DNA of 64,000 nucleotides, taken from positions 19,470,304-19,534,303 of the forward strand of contig CM119263.1 of assembly GCA_051294375.1 (NCBI GenBank), written 5' to 3'. The notes below the pieces were generated by a model that was not told the DNA's origin, ran no database searches, and saw only the letters and a list, made by a program, of their open reading frames with translations. The DNA is from Paraspadella gotoi (Eukaryota; Animalia; Chaetognatha). The position numbers were made by a program, and so were the translations under genes. Positions 25,578 through 40,000 of this stretch are shown here, one piece after another (the first letter of the stretch is position 1; the number at the start of each line of letters is the position of its first letter).

Positions 25578-27586
25578 TTAGTTCTTTAAATCGTTTACTG
25601 GATCTAACCTCCGCCACGAACAAATAAACAAAATAAATGTAACAAAATGTAAAAACAATTCTATGCTAAACATCGCGTCGGTACTTTTCCACACCATAGA
25701 ACCCGTCCATAGATGTCCGAGGATGTTAGCCATAGATGTCATACTGAGTTGTGCTCCTTGGCCGATCCCTTGCTTTTCTTGCTTAAACATCTTTGAAAGA
25801 AGAGAGGTCGCAATGACTCTGATAAGAAAAAATTACATTAAATTATTTGGTCAAAAAAAACTGATGCGCAAAGAAAGAAATAAAGCAATGAAGAAATAAA
25901 TAGAGCAATGCATAAAGTAATTATTGAAGAGACAGTAATAATTGTTATATGTTAGTGACAGAATCGTTCAATATAAGCAGTCCCTGAGCTTCGGATCAGG
26001 TTGTAACACCGTGTTACAGGCGGGTTAAGCGCCCCGTCCCTCTTAACTGCAAGTCGACAGTCGGGCTAGAACCGCGGACCTTTGGGTTGGGAGGCGAATG
26101 ACTTGCTCCGGCACCAATGGCCGCTGATGAACGGTTGGTCGATTTTAGTCCACTATATTATGAAAGAAAGAAAGAAAGAAAGAAAGAAAGAATGAAAGTA
26201 AGAAAGAATGAAAGAAAGAAAGAAAGAAAGAAAGAATGAAAGAAAGAATGAATGAATGAATGAATGAAATCCTGAAGAACCGGCAAGTTTAAGGCTTCTT
26301 TCACTTCCTTTTTTATTTCATTTATTTATTTAATTTTATTTATTGTATGTAAATCCTACAATTCATAAAAAACTTTGACGGTGATGAAGTCTCAAATTGT
26401 GAGCCGAAACATGTTCGTCTATAATAAAAAATTGTTGTTGTCAATAAACTATTCGTCTCTTTATTTTATTTATTTAAATTAAGGTGTTTCGCCTCAGTGA
26501 CTTTCTAGGAAGGACGCATTTCCGGATGATCACATGACTACACAGCATAAGTACGAAGCATATGCGTTACAAGCATCTTTTGGTATATCAATTCTCCATT
26601 TATTTTATATTTATATTTATTTATATTTATATTTATTTATATTTTTGACAATATTTTTTGGCAAAAAATATTGTCAAAAATAATTAAGTTTCGAACGAAA
26701 TAAGCTGCATTTACTTTAGGATCACGAGACCGCATTTATACTTGGTCAATGGTCATGTGACGACAAAAGGATGAAGCGTGTGCTCAACATTCGTTTAATC
26801 ATATCTCACATTCCAAAGTTCCAGCGCGATACGAATTTTCAGGTCTTGTGCCAGTATTTTCGCGTGATCACGTGACTGCACAAGTATGAAACATATGCAC
26901 ATTTAAAAAATCATGGTGTATCACCTTCCTACCAATTATTAACTAAATTTCGAACGAACGAACAGTGCTAGCAGTTCAACTCAAAATTAAAGAAAGAAAA
27001 GTAAAAAGAAGAATAATATAAATAGGAAATATAAGGAAATTAACACAGAGGAATGAAACCGGGAAAGAGATAAGAGTACATAAACTCACCCAGTAGTTGG
27101 AATAGAAACGCAAAAGAATGCATAACCGAGAATGATGCTGGATCGCCATAAAGTTTTTTCTCGTTCTGTGGCTTTGTAAATGATGTAATGAGAGTGCCTC
27201 ATGGCCTGTCCGTTGATCATCATCAAATAAAATATCGACAAAAATCCAAATATCTAAATAATTCATAATACGAAATATTTAAAAAAAATCTTAAAAGCAT
27301 AAAGATCGAGCCGCTTTCGATAGTAACCAAATATTGATGCGATGATAACCAAATATTGATGCGATGATAACCAAATATTGACGCGATGATAACCAATAAT
27401 TGATGCGATGATAACAAAATGACTGATGTGATGATAATCAAATGATTGATGCGATGATAGTCATTCATTGATATGATGATAATCATTCATTGATACGATG
27501 ATAGTCATTCATTGATGCGATGATAGTGATTCATTGACGCGCTGAATCATTCATCGTAAATAAAACAAACAAATGCGTGTATGAGT

Positions 27587-27662
<76 letters not shown>

Positions 27663-27834
27663 AGAGGCTGGACAGTTTTCCCGCCAACGAAACGCATTAT
27701 GGTCTCTCTCGTTTATATAAAGAATAATCAGAATTTTTAGAAAAAAAATCCACGAAAATCTCGGATGTAAATTTGTGATTTTGTATTGAGAAAAAAGCGC
27801 GGAATAAATGGCGATAATAAAAGTTTTTAGAAGG

Positions 27835-27915
<81 letters not shown>

Positions 27916-28266
27916 CGGAGGAGAGGTGAGAAAGAGAGAGAGAGAGAGAGTTTTTCCCACCAACGAGACGCATTATTAGGTCACTCTCGTTTATATCCGT
28001 TATCCGTTGCCTCGCAACGGCGTCGTGAAATTGGGTCTATGTTGATTTTTTTTTATACACGTAACGCGTTATTAGGTCATGTTCCTCGACATTGTTTACT
28101 TGTTGCTCCGCAACGACCACGAAATCTAGGTTAAGTAAGTTATTGTATTTTGGGATTTTGTATTGAGATAAAATAATAAATGGCATAATAAAAGTTTTTA
28201 GAAGGAAAAAATCCACGAAAATCTCGGAATAAATGGCGATAATAAAAGTTTTTAGAAGGAAAAAAA

Positions 28267-28308
<42 letters not shown>

Positions 28309-28740
28309 AGATAGAGAGAAAAAGATTGTTCTTTTTTTAGGAAGAAACAGACCGAGGTCAAATTTAATATTTGCATATTTAATTAATTTATAAATAGTTA
28401 TCACAACTCAAATAATTATTATTTAAAAAAAAGTTAAAAATGATTAAATATATACACTAAAAATATTTATAAATTTAATAATAGTACAAATTATCAGAAT
28501 AACAAAAAAAGTAATGTTAATTTGACTATATCTCTCTTTCAACTCCTATTTTAGATATAATTTGCAATAGTGGGCCAACCGGTCCAAAGTTGCAATAATA
28601 AATAAAAACAAAATTTTTTTTTTATAATGTGATGCAATCAATTATATTATTCGGCGAAAGTGCTGCATATATAATATAATATAATATAATATGTGATAAT
28701 GCATATCATTATAAGTTATTCTTCATTTTTTTTAAAAAAT

Positions 28741-28783
<43 letters not shown>

Positions 28784-31700
28784 AAAAGAAAAACCGAATT
28801 TCTTTCCAATATATCTCAGATATAAATTTGGGATTTTGTATTGAAAAAAAAAGCGCGGAATAAATGGCGATAATAAAAGTTTTGAGAAGGAAAAAAATAA
28901 TCAGAATTTTTCAAAAAACGAACGATCGTACAGAGTGAGAGAGACAGAAAGACAGAAAGAGAGAGAAAGAGAGACAGAAAGAGAAAAAGAGAGACAAAAG
29001 ACAGAAAGAAAGAGAAAGCTGGAACCAGCTGAACAGTCACTGCAGAACCTGAACTCGTTTTTTAAGGGTTCAGAAAAAGCAGCAACTGACAAATATAGGA
29101 AAGAAAATCTATATATAATTTAAAGAAATAAAAGAAAGTCAAAAATATGTTACAATTGTTTACAATTGGAAATTTTTCCAATTTTTTCCAATCGCAGCTT
29201 GTAAAAGATTTAATTTATATTTGTATTAAAATTAAGATATAGCTTCTCATTAAAAAAATCCTTTGAGTTCCCATTTTTATTAAAAATTTAAAACAAATTT
29301 TTTGAATTTCATCTTCAATATTATATACTGCAATATGTAAATTAGATTAAAGCATTTCTATATACTAATTTGTATATTATAAGGAGTACTTTAATCTCAT
29401 TTGCATATTGCAGTAAATCATAATGAAGTGGAAATTCAAACAAAAAATACTTAAATCCAAATGTAATATGAAAATATCACAGCTATTTCAAATGAAAAGC
29501 CATATCCAAATTTTTAACTTACTATGATCGCACACTTTTGTAAAACTTTATCATAATTCATAATAATTTTTTATTAAAAAAAAAACGGTAAGTCACAGCC
29601 AAACCTATAAAAGCGTAGTAGTTTTTATATATGAAAACAGCGTGACGGACGACGACGACGACGACGTCACAAAGAAGCAACCCTAAAACATTATAGAGCT
29701 GACCCGGCTTCGCCGGTCAAGGCTCGATAATAAGGCTACAAGAATCAGATACTCGGAAAATGACTCTTGCAAAAAAACACAGAATAATTAAGCTTGCTAC
29801 GTAACTGTTAACATATTTTCTCTTTCACCTGAGACACCAACAAAATGCTCCGGTCGCTTATCCTTTTGCTAACAAAGTGGAGAGCGAAGAGAGTGCTGAT
29901 GATAAGGACGCAGGCAACCGAGGAGAAAAAGGAATTAAGAACGACGTCCCATTCAAATAAGAAATCCATAAGTGGAAAAGAAACTGTTTCGAGCGTCGCA
30001 ATGCCAAAGTTGGCGATGAAGACGAGGCAAAGGGATACGATGATTTGATGCTGGATGTAGGCCAAGAAGGATAAAGAAAAAAGATTGTTAAAAATACTTT
30101 CCGACGATCCATTGTTTTTCTCTGCATCAAGCTTTTCATGGTGGCTTCTCTCTACATCCTCTGAATTGTCGTTCAAATTTGTTGATTTGCCTGAGCATAT
30201 GTCATATGATTCCATCTCCAAAGCACGTATTTCCTGCAAAAAAATATTTCATTTCTGAAACATAATTATTTGATATTCATATTCATTGAGTATCTCCTGC
30301 AATTTATGTATGTATTAAATCCTCTGATTAAAAATCCACAGAAAAAAAAATGTGCTAGATGGCGCCCTAAATTATGCTAAAAAATCTTAAAAGCATAAGG
30401 ATCGTCGCAATCGCATAAGAAAAATCTGGATTGACAACACATTTTGATACTAAAAAAATTAAAATTTGAAAAAAAAAATTAATTTATAAACAGAAAAAAA
30501 AAGTATATTTTGCGATTGTCAATTAAAAAAAAATAATAAAGTCACAATCGCTTAGCAAATAAGCAAATAACATGTTTAAGACTGATTTTTATTGCCTTAG
30601 GACGTGTTTTTCGTACTTTTTCTAATGCTCTAGAATGGAATACCCTAATTTTTTTTTCAAATTCTGAATATGAAAATATTATGCCAGATTGTATGCCAGT
30701 CTCTTTGGAGGCATGGGTTCGAATCTCACCGCTGCCACCACATTTAAGGAAAAACTCATGGATTTCTAGGTTAAAATCAACACGATTTTATTCTGAAGAA
30801 ATAAAGGTGACGGTGAGACGAGCGCAGGAGTCTTTATCAATGCTACTGAAATTAGAACAAGCTAAGTCTATTTCTAACTAAGGAAGAGGATCGGCGACGT
30901 GGGTAAAATTTACAGTTCCAATGATTCTGCAAGCTGATTGGTCGATTCCGGTTCCATGCTTGACCAATCAGGATTCGGCGATTCCATTTCCGCGGAGATC
31001 GCCCGAGTCTCCGATCCGATTTGCTTTTGGTGGCTTGATACTCCTGCGATGATGGCTAAGCTGTCTGAAATTATGCCAGATCTAGCACACAGTATGCCAA
31101 GTTTTAATCAGAGATTAAATCCCAAGCATGCGTTAAATATATTTGGATAAATTGAAATTTCTATCTTATGATAAATATAAATAAATAACCTGCAAGTTGA
31201 AGTAGAAAAAGAATCCCAACGTCAGTTCAAAAAGAAACATTACGCAGGAGACGAACCCACAGGCAGTGTATCTGTCAATATGAATTCGGTCAAATATCCA
31301 AAAGTCAAATTTCACCAAAACGACGTTTATTGCAGGGCCCAAAAAGTGTCTGATAGTTCAAAAAAGTTCATTTTGATAACAATTCACCCACCAATCATAG
31401 CAGATATATGTAATCATTTGAGATTCAGCGAGCTTTTTTCTTTCATTTCACCCGATTTCTGGAAACATCATGAGGATAGTAAGAATTCCGGTCCGCTCTT
31501 CCGGAGTGGTAGATCGCGTTATATCGGCGAGCAGAGCGGGACGGCATGCCCATCCTGCACCACAGAGTATGCGGCCAATTAACAGGAACCTGGGGAGGGC
31601 GAAATCTCTTGACTGGATTGATGTTTTAATTATTCTAGTTATCAGGTAATGCGAAAAGACGCCCGAACCATTTGTTTAAGGCGATAAAGTAAAGGGCGTT

Positions 31701-32056
31701 GCCGAAAGCGCTACAGGCACAACCGAGAATTAGGAAGATCCTCGCAGAGGGGAGGCTATCCACAATGGTGCCGATAAAAGGGGATGCAATAAAGGATGGC
31801 ACTGATAACGCAGAGAGTATCATGCCTAAAAGGGGCAATAAACGGGACAATACTAGTGCATATTTCACACATCGAGCAAAAGCAATACGTTTCCCATAGA
31901 GACTCAATTACCGAAAAATGCTCCGCTATTTTTAATATCAAATCTGTTCTGCAAAAAGGGCCAGAGAGACGGAAGAACGATGCCATATTCTACACCGCCA
32001 AGTAGATAAAATGCCGCAATCAGAGTATAGGTGATGTTTTTTTTAACTTTCGGGCT
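25578..32056 (-). CDS. MFS transporter, MFSD8/CLN7-like (start codon not resolved; large repeat-filled introns)
   Basis: Exons encode YLLGGVEYGIVLPSLWPFL, SFIASPFIGTIVD, FGNALYFIA, LLIGRILCGAG..ADITRSTTPEERT, LETVSFPL..FEW, SKRISDRSILL and KQGIGQG..ANILGHLWTG. Confidence 0.8.
25925..26122 (-). mobile_element. tRNA-derived SINE, copy 2 (intronic)
   Basis: Reverse complement of 18437-18628. Confidence 0.7.
26377..26419 (+). ncRNA. Minimal hammerhead motif with C3 to G change
   Basis: GACG-GTGATGA-A-GTCTCA..TGAGCC-GAAACATGTT-CGTC; stem I GACG/CGTC. Confidence 0.6.
27230..29100 (+). repeat. Composite dispersed repeat (family B): ~22 bp TGATGCGATGATAACCAAATAT minisatellite, (GA)n tracts and internally duplicated blocks
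   Basis: Inverted homolog at ~36180-37330; fragments at ~30380-30520 and ~46480-46600. Confidence 0.7.
30696..30740 (+). pseudogene. 3' half of tRNA-Leu (AAG/TAG type) with encoded CCA: retrocopy
   Basis: CCAGTCTCTTTGGAGGCATGGGTTCGAATCTCACCGCTGCCA+CCA matches the variable arm, T arm and acceptor of metazoan tRNA-Leu with about 3 mismatches; the 5' half is absent. Confidence 0.75.
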
Positions 32057-32481
32057 GAAAATTAAGCAGTTAATACAAATATACTTAGTCTGGAGGCCAG
32101 CAATTGGCGGTTACCAGTAATATTTCATATTCGACTCAATTTATACTTGAATTCATATTTGAAAAACAAATGAAATGGAACGCACGAAATTTCCCAATCC
32201 ACCCCCAAAAAATCCATAAACATTAATCAAGCTTGAGCAAACAATGCCGGATCTGCCCACTATCAAAAAAACAGAAAAATTCATATGCCTTCATTATAAT
32301 TTTTAACTCCAAAAACTGTTATTTTTTTAATCCTGTCTAAAATTTATAAAAAATATTTCAGAAAACTATCCCATAACTTAAATTAGAAACCACACCCACC
32401 TTCTTATATTTTTTTTTCAAAAGTTATGCAAAAAAATAATTGTTTTTTACCATCGGAGAACAAAGGATTTGAACTACGCAG

Positions 32482-33109
32482 TAGGGTGGAGTGATGAAAA
32501 GATTGAGTGAATTGGAACCATTATTTTTTTGCTGCCTATGGACATATAATTAATAAATTTTAAATCCTTTTAAAAAATTTTTTAGCATAACAGTATAGCA
32601 AATTCAATTATTTATGTAGTAATATCCTTAAAAAAATCGTTAAATTTTAAAATAATTTTTTTTATTTTTAAGAACTGATTTGGATTTGCTGTAAAAAACT
32701 AAGAAACTTTTATAAAATATGTTATATGATATTTTAATGTTTAGATCACAAAAAATGATTAAAACTTTTTAACATATATAAGTTTCTACTACAGAGAATA
32801 AAAAAGTTAGAAATTTCACCTTTTTTTATTTTAAACATTGAAGATGACAGAATTTTTGATAACATGTTTTTTATTTTTGATTCAACTTTTTATGAAGAAT
32901 CTGAATCTTTAATAAAAGTTTCATAAAAATTATTTTTAAAATTTACTATTTTATAAGGATATTACTACAAATATATTATATTTTACTATTCTGTCCCGAG
33001 ATAATATGAACAAAATATTTTTTGTACTAGTTAATCATACTATCTCACATCTAAATATCATTGTTCGATCATTCAAATAAATTTTTTGTTCTTGAGTGCT
33101 CCACTTCTA
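32482..33109 (+). mobile_element. hAT-type MITE (family D), copy 1
   Basis: TIR TAGGGTGGAG / CTCCACTTCTA; flanking direct repeat (A)CTACGCAG at 32473-32481 and 33110-33118; second copy at 61066-61668. Confidence 0.8.
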
Positions 33110-34047
33110 ACTACGCAGTACAAATCTTTGTTAAATAAAAATTTCGGCGAAGCGGGTGTATCTCAATTTCTCCTATTGGTACAATACCTAAATTTCAAAA
33201 TAAAACCTAAAGAAAATTTTTTAATCATCTCGAGACATCACTTTCAGTTGTACCAATCGTCCTACTCATTTATAGCTTATGGTTTAAAAAATTAGAGAAA
33301 TGAGATATCTAGTCCAAATTTCGAATTTTACACTATTTTACTGTTTCATTGTAGCCGAATCATATTTTGCATGTATTTGTCCAGCATAACTGTCACGAAG
33401 GGATGGCTTGTTAGTACAAATGGTCAGACAAAGTAAATTCAATGACCGATAATTGTTTTTTCTCGGGCAAATGAATTTTATTATTTTTATTTGCGTCATA
33501 ACTTGCCAACAAAATTTTGGGGTGGGACCAGCGGACCGAAAAAGTGGATGAATGAGTCGGGATCTGCTGCAAACAGATCCGACTAAAAACCGAACGGTAC
33601 AACAATAACAACATACTCGGTACTCACCCAAGAGAAAACTTTCGAACGATGTTTAAATTTTTGCAAGGAGGTGTCGGCTGATCAGCGATACACCTGCGGT
33701 TACGCTCTTCGTTCGTCGACACAAACTTCCGCTCCTCAACGTACGAACCCAAGACAGGCAGAATCTCTTCATTAACTGTTGCCATACTTTTGTACCCCGT
33801 TAGCGCAAATATTTAGGTCGGAATCAAACTTTTTATTTTTGCAAGTTTCATTCTTGAAAAAAAAAAAACACTGCTCTCAGCCCAAAGGATACGGTTTCGC
33901 GCCCTGCTAATTCACACAAGAAAGCGGGAAGGAGAGTCCTTCACATGTGATCACAGTCTGATTCGAATCCGGAACCTTATGAGCAACGGATGATGAACCG
34001 CTCGCGGCATCGTCTTCCACACTCAAAATAAAAATAAAATAGTTATA

Positions 34048-34808
34048 AAACAAGTTTGAGCAAACAATGCCGGATCTGCCCAGGATCATTAGCGGTAAGC
34101 AATTAATCAGATAATTAATTAATTAATTAATTATTATATATTAATTTTGACACGAATTAAAAAAAATTAATATTAATTCATTTATTCGTGTCAAAATCTT
34201 TTTCCACTTTGTCTCGCTCTCAATCACAAAACAATCTCGTTCACAAAATTAATTAATTACAAATAATTATTTATTTATTTATTAATAATTAATTTCTGTA
34301 GCTTGAATTTATATTTAATATAAAAATAAAAAACATAATAAAATAGTGAAATAGATTGTTTATTTTTTCTATTTTAACTCATTTCCACTTGGAAGATTCC
34401 ATCGAAACTTTATTTCCTGCTCAATCATACATTTTCCCACCCACATACAAAATTTGAAGTCAATCGCCCCATTCACTCAAGCGTAATTGGCGTTCAAATA
34501 GTGAAATATTTTTTTTTGATTTTTCAATTTTAATTCATTTTCACTCAGACGATTCAATCGAAACTTTATTTCCAGCTCAATCACACACTTTCCTACCCAC
34601 ACCCAAAATTTATTCCAATCCATCCATCAAATCACGAGTAATTGGTGTTTTTTGCTAAGGTGGGATGGACGGACAGACAGACAGACAGACAGACGGACAT
34701 TTTTTTTGCATAATTTATCATAATTCGATGTTCTGACATGATATTAATGAATGCCCGAGAAGATTGGGAATTATTGAGTGGGAATCGGCTGTAGGCAGAT
34801 ACGGCTAA
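34048..34808 (+). mobile_element. Helentron/HINE-like family A copy
   Basis: 5' subterminal CCGGATCTGC, (AGAC)n tract, 3' GCAGATACGGCTAAAA. Confidence 0.65.
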
Positions 34809-35781
34809 AAAGTAGACCGAGATTGATATCTTTAAACCAATCACAATTCAATAAAGAATAGCATTGTCAAGGCGGAGCACAACTAAAGCGTGTATAAAAA
34901 TAAATTCGCTGAAAATGACATTATGATTAGCGTATAAACTATATACTCTACTCTCTATAGTGTACTCTGTACAGTGTACTGTGTACACTGTACAGTCCCC
35001 AAAGAAAAAAAATAATAAAGCCTTATTCTATAACAGTAAAGAAACAAACAATGTAAATCCCTACAAATTATCCCCCCACCCATTTCTTTCGAGTTAGATA
35101 GTTTTATTTTTCAATAAATAACATATGGTAGAAAATAATTTATTCCTCTTAATCTTGGAGACAAACCAACTCCCCTCTCCCTATTATATTAATAAACAAA
35201 ATTTAACTAATAACAAAATTTAATATTTATGTAAAATGTTAAAATATTTTGAAACATCTGTACAAATTGAATTCGTAGAATCATAAATAAAAAAAACGAT
35301 CCGGGAGCTTGAACTTTATTTTTTAAGGTGGTTTTGATTAGAATAATTTTTTTTATAAATGATATTTAAACACACTCATTTCACGTTTAAGTCGAATCGA
35401 ATCGGATAGGAGAAACGGGTTCTTGTTTAGCCAACCGGTTTTTTAAAATTTTCTACCAAAAACGAGATCCATCTTTAACCTCGAGAAAAGTAAAAGTAAT
35501 TTAATTTAATTAATTAATTTAATTTAATTTTAATTAGTCTTAAGGCATAACAATACCTCATCGTCTGCTTCAATATAGGGAGGTCCAGCTCTTTTCGGAA
35601 AAAGTTTAAGTATTCACAGCTCGAGAGCAGGTTGAGATAACAAAAAAAATAAAACTATATCCAGAAAGTGTACGCTTTTATCTTTCGATCGATACCCAAT
35701 ATGACCAGAAAATCGTCCCGTAACTGTCTTTTTTTTTTACTATTTTTTCATCACATGTCTAATTTATTCGCGCCTTTCCTT

Positions 35782-36312
35782 AACAAGTTTGAGCAAACAA
35801 TGTCGGATCTCCTAACGATAATTAATTAATTAATTGATTAATTAATTAATTAATAGATTAATTATTAATTAATAGATTAATTAATTAAGTAATTAATTAA
35901 TAGATTAATTATAATTTATATTCAGCTTGTCATCATCGATGTCCTAAAATTGAGTCAGGACAGTTATTAAATGTTTGTTTTACATTTATCAAAACAAACA
36001 AATATCCTCTATTATCGAGCCAGGCGGGCAAAGCCCGTCCTGTCTAGATTTTTTTTCGGTTTAGCTTTCGGTCTCGCTTTTTTGCAATCATGGCTTCTGA
36101 AAGTGTGATATCATAGGGAGTTGAATTTTCATATATGGCTTCTAATCATCAAGATCTTTAAAATTCTCATGTTTCATATCAATATTGGTATTTGTTTATG
36201 TTTTATTTACAAAACAAAAACGTTTTAATTATATGTCGCTCTCTCTCTCTCTCTTTTTCTCCGTCACTGCTTCTTCTAAAAACGAGTTCCGGCTCTGCAG
36301 GTCTGTCCAGCT

Positions 36313-36354
<42 letters not shown>

Positions 36355-37260
36355 CAAAAATTTTTTAGATATAATGTGGGTTCACTAATGTAAAAAACGA
36401 TGCCGCGAAACAGGGCGCGAACCTGGGTCCTTTGGGTAGAGAATAGCTCACGCTACGTGCGGCGCCTTAAGTACTGCTGTTCTTTAACGAGTAAAGGGGC
36501 TGTAGAGCTTTCTCTCTCTCTCTCTTCTTTTATTATTATATATCGCTCTTTCTCTTTCTCTTTTTCCTGCAGCGGCTGTCTCTCTCTTTCTCTCTTTTTC
36601 TCTCTCTCTCTCTGTCTCTCTGTCTCTCTGTGTGTGTCTGTCCCTATCTGTCCGATCTTTTGCGTGATCGTTTGTTTTTGGAAAAATTCTGATTATTTTT
36701 TTCCTTCTAAAACTTTTTAATATTGCCATTTATTCCGCGCTTTTTTCATACAAAATCCCATATTTTCATCCGAGATTTTCGTGGATTTATTCTCTTTCTT
36801 TCTCTCTCTTTCTCTCTCTCTCTCTTTCTTTCTCTTTCTCTCTCTCTCTCTTCTTCTTTCACTCATACACGCATTTGTTTGTTTTATTGACTATCATCGC
36901 ATCAATGAATGACAATCATCGCATCACTGAATGACTATCATCACAGCAGTGAATGACTATCATCGCATCAATAATTGATTATCTCGAATCAATAATCAAT
37001 TCCTATTACATCAATAAATTACTATTACATCAATAAATACTATTACATCAATCAATTAGTATTACCTCAATCAATTACTAGTACATCAACAATTCGTTAT
37101 CGCATGATTCATTCGTTTTTTTCCCGGTTTTTTTCATTAATTTTCTATGATAGTGGGCTCTGGCTCGATCTTGAGTCTTTTAAGATTTTTTTATTTATGT
37201 CTCCTCTCTCTCTCTCTCTCCTCTCTCTCTTTCTCTCTCACTCTCTCTCTCTCCTCTCTC

Positions 37261-37291
<31 letters not shown>

Positions 37292-38478
37292 TTTTATGCA
37301 ATAGCGACGATCCTTATGCTTTTCAGATTTTTTTAACTTGATCATTTTTTCAACTTGCATAATTTTTTCAACTTGCATTCCGTCAAACTTTATATCTAGC
37401 TTCTTCACTCACTTTCCTACCGGCTCAACAAATTTCATCTCAATCTATCATGGGTTAAAATAAATAAAAAGATTCAAGTAAATGTGACTCATATTTTTTT
37501 CATTTAAACTCATTTCCACTGGTACGTTTCCACTGAAACTTTATATCAAGCTTCGTCATACGTTTTCCTACCCACACACAAAATTTCAACTCAATCTATC
37601 CATCCAATTATGATTAATTGGAGTATTTATTGGTTAAAATAAGTAAAAAGATTTTAGTAAATTCGACTTATGTTTTTTCAATTAAACTAATTTCCACTCA
37701 CACGATTCCATCGAAATTTTATATCCAGCTTTATCACACACTTTCCTACCCACACACAAAATTTAATTCCAATCCAACCAGCCAATCACGAGTTATTGGA
37801 GCTTTTTGCTAAGTTGGGACGGATGGACGGATTGATTGACTAATTAATTAATTATTGATTAATTTATTTTATATTGATTAATTAACTGATTAATTATTTG
37901 ATTTATTAATACATCCTGCAGATACATTTAATATAAAAGGAAAAAGAAGCATAATCAATTAGTAAAACAGGTTTTTTGTTTTTTTCCATTTAAACTCATT
38001 TCCACTCAAACTATTCCATCGAAACTTGATTTCCTGTTCAATCACACACTTTCTACCACACATACAAAATTCCAGGTCAATCAGCCCATCCACTCATGAG
38101 CAATTGGTGTTCAAATAGTGAATATATTTTTTTTTGTTTTTCCATTTAAACTCATTTCCACTCGGACGATTCCATCGAAACTTAATATCCAGCTCAATCA
38201 CACACTTACCTATCCACACACAAAAATTTCATTTAAATCCATCCATCCAATCACGAGTAATTGGTGTTTTTGCTAAGGTGGGACGGACGGACGGACGGAC
38301 GGACAGACAGCACGACGGACGGACATCATTTTTTTGCATAATTTATCTAATTCGATGTTCTGACATGATATAAGTGTGTGCCCGACAATATTGAGGGGGC
38401 GGACCGACGGACCGAAAAAGTGAGTTATAAAAAGTGAGTTATAGAGTCGGGATCTGCTGATAAGCAGATCCGACTAAA
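35782..38478 (+). mobile_element. Family A sequence (5' end at 35782; tandemly duplicated body and 3' end at 37340-38478) interrupted by a family B repeat
   Basis: Family A termini at both ends with an inverted family B block at ~36180-37330 between them; 3' hairpin GTCGGGATCTGCT/AGCAGATCCGAC. Confidence 0.55.
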
Positions 38479-38559
38479 AAAATTCAAATTAAAAAAAAAA
38501 ATAAATAAAAGAAAAAACGTCGACAACATACTTGTCGCGTCTCTGTTCTCCTGACTTGT

Positions 38560-38758
38560 GTTCCCCTTGTCCTTGACCCTTAGGAATGAGAAGTGGTCAA
38601 ACCTCCCCAAATTCGGATAGTGGCAGGAATCGGGGCTTTTCCAGTGGGCGCGGTCGCAAAAACTGTCTTCCATGGATGTTTGCAGGTCTTCACTGACGAG
38701 GGTTCATATTTTTGGGCCTTTGGGTTGGGAGGAGCCTCGTGCTACCTCCGGCGCCATA
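38560..38758 (-). mobile_element. SINE-like element with related tRNA-like head and different body
   Basis: Minus strand GGCGCCGGAGGTAGC..CCTCCCAACCCAAAGG resembles the head of 18437-18480. Confidence 0.45.
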
Positions 38759-39249
38759 GGTGCTGCTGATCCTCGGACAAGTAACGGGGTATGAAATACT
38801 AGGCATCACACACCCGCGCAAGTGTGATGGCTATGGCAGAGGTGTGCTAACATGCCCGGGCAGAGGTGTATTAATGTCCCAGCGTGTTCGTGTGGGCTCA
38901 CCAATTGAGGCGACAAACTTGTATCAATTTTCAAACGAATTATATCGACAAGTTTTCCGTATTTTTTATCAAGATATGATGATTCAAAAATCATGAGCAA
39001 AGACAGAGAATAAAAGTCAAAACAATGGTAAAACAATTCAGTCTAACTAAAACTAAGAAAACGATTGTATTGTTTAGTGGCTCAAATAGGTTGACCCACT
39101 TAACGGTCAAGTAGTTGATTCCTTATTCACACTATTTGGTCGTTGTCGTCGTTGTTGTTATCAGATGAGCTTCTCCAATATTATATTAATGAAAAAAAAA
39201 GTCCCACTTTACGTTTTAAATGCTCATAACTTGGGTATTACTGCATCAA

Positions 39250-39740
39250 ATAAATTTAGTATAATTTTACTTTCGCGACCGGGGTTAGGGGGGGTTTTTG
39301 GGTTAAAGGTGGTTTAGGAATAGGGTTACGGGTAGTTAGGGTTTAGGGTAATTCGGTAATATTTTTTAAAAAAATATTAAAAAAAAAAATTAAGTAGTTT
39401 TCAAAAACCGCTAAAAACCCGGTCGACAAAAATAAAATTTTACTATAAATTTATATTTGGTAGAAAGATAAGAATCAAAAGACTTATATTTATCATATCA
39501 TACATATCATAGTGCAGCCACGTGACAACATAAAAATTCGCTCATGTGATTACAAAATCAGTGTGGCATAAATCATATAATTCTTCGTAATTTTAAAAAT
39601 TAATGACCACTGATCAACCATAAATTACTTGAGCATAATTTTACTTTCGCCGACTGGGGTTAGGGGGGGGTTTAGGGTTAAAAGTGGTTTAAGGTAAGGA
39701 GTGATTAAGGTTAGGGGGTTTAGTGATAAGTTTATTAGGT
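39250..39740. repeat. Inverted-repeat element(s) with degenerate TTAGGG-like G-rich core
   Basis: AATTTTACTTTCGCGACCGGG..CCCGGTCGACAAAAATAAAATT bracket GGGTTA-like units; related blocks at 39640-39740 and, inverted, at 42335-42415. Confidence 0.5.
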
Positions 39741-40000
39741 AATACATTTTTTTAAATTTAAAAAAAAAATATCTATTTTTTAGTATATCGTACATCCAAC
39801 AATATTTTGAATACAACTGTCTTACTCAAGGTGCGTGTAGAAAATGTGGACTAAGTTAGAAGAAAGCTTATTTTATTCTTGGAAAACAAAGCAACAAAAT
39901 TCAACTTTGAATTTTGAAAGATTGCATCGTCCTCGCCAATAATTTAAAATAATTTTTATTTTCATGTACAATGTGTATAATTCATAAAAAATAAAAATAT

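Noticed and set aside
27320-27550. Regularly spaced repeats resembling a CRISPR array
   Set aside because: Contiguous degenerate ~22 bp minisatellite with no unique spacers, no cas genes, eukaryotic context.
39280-39350. Interstitial telomere
   Set aside because: TTAGGG units are few and degenerate and lie inside a dispersed inverted-repeat element.
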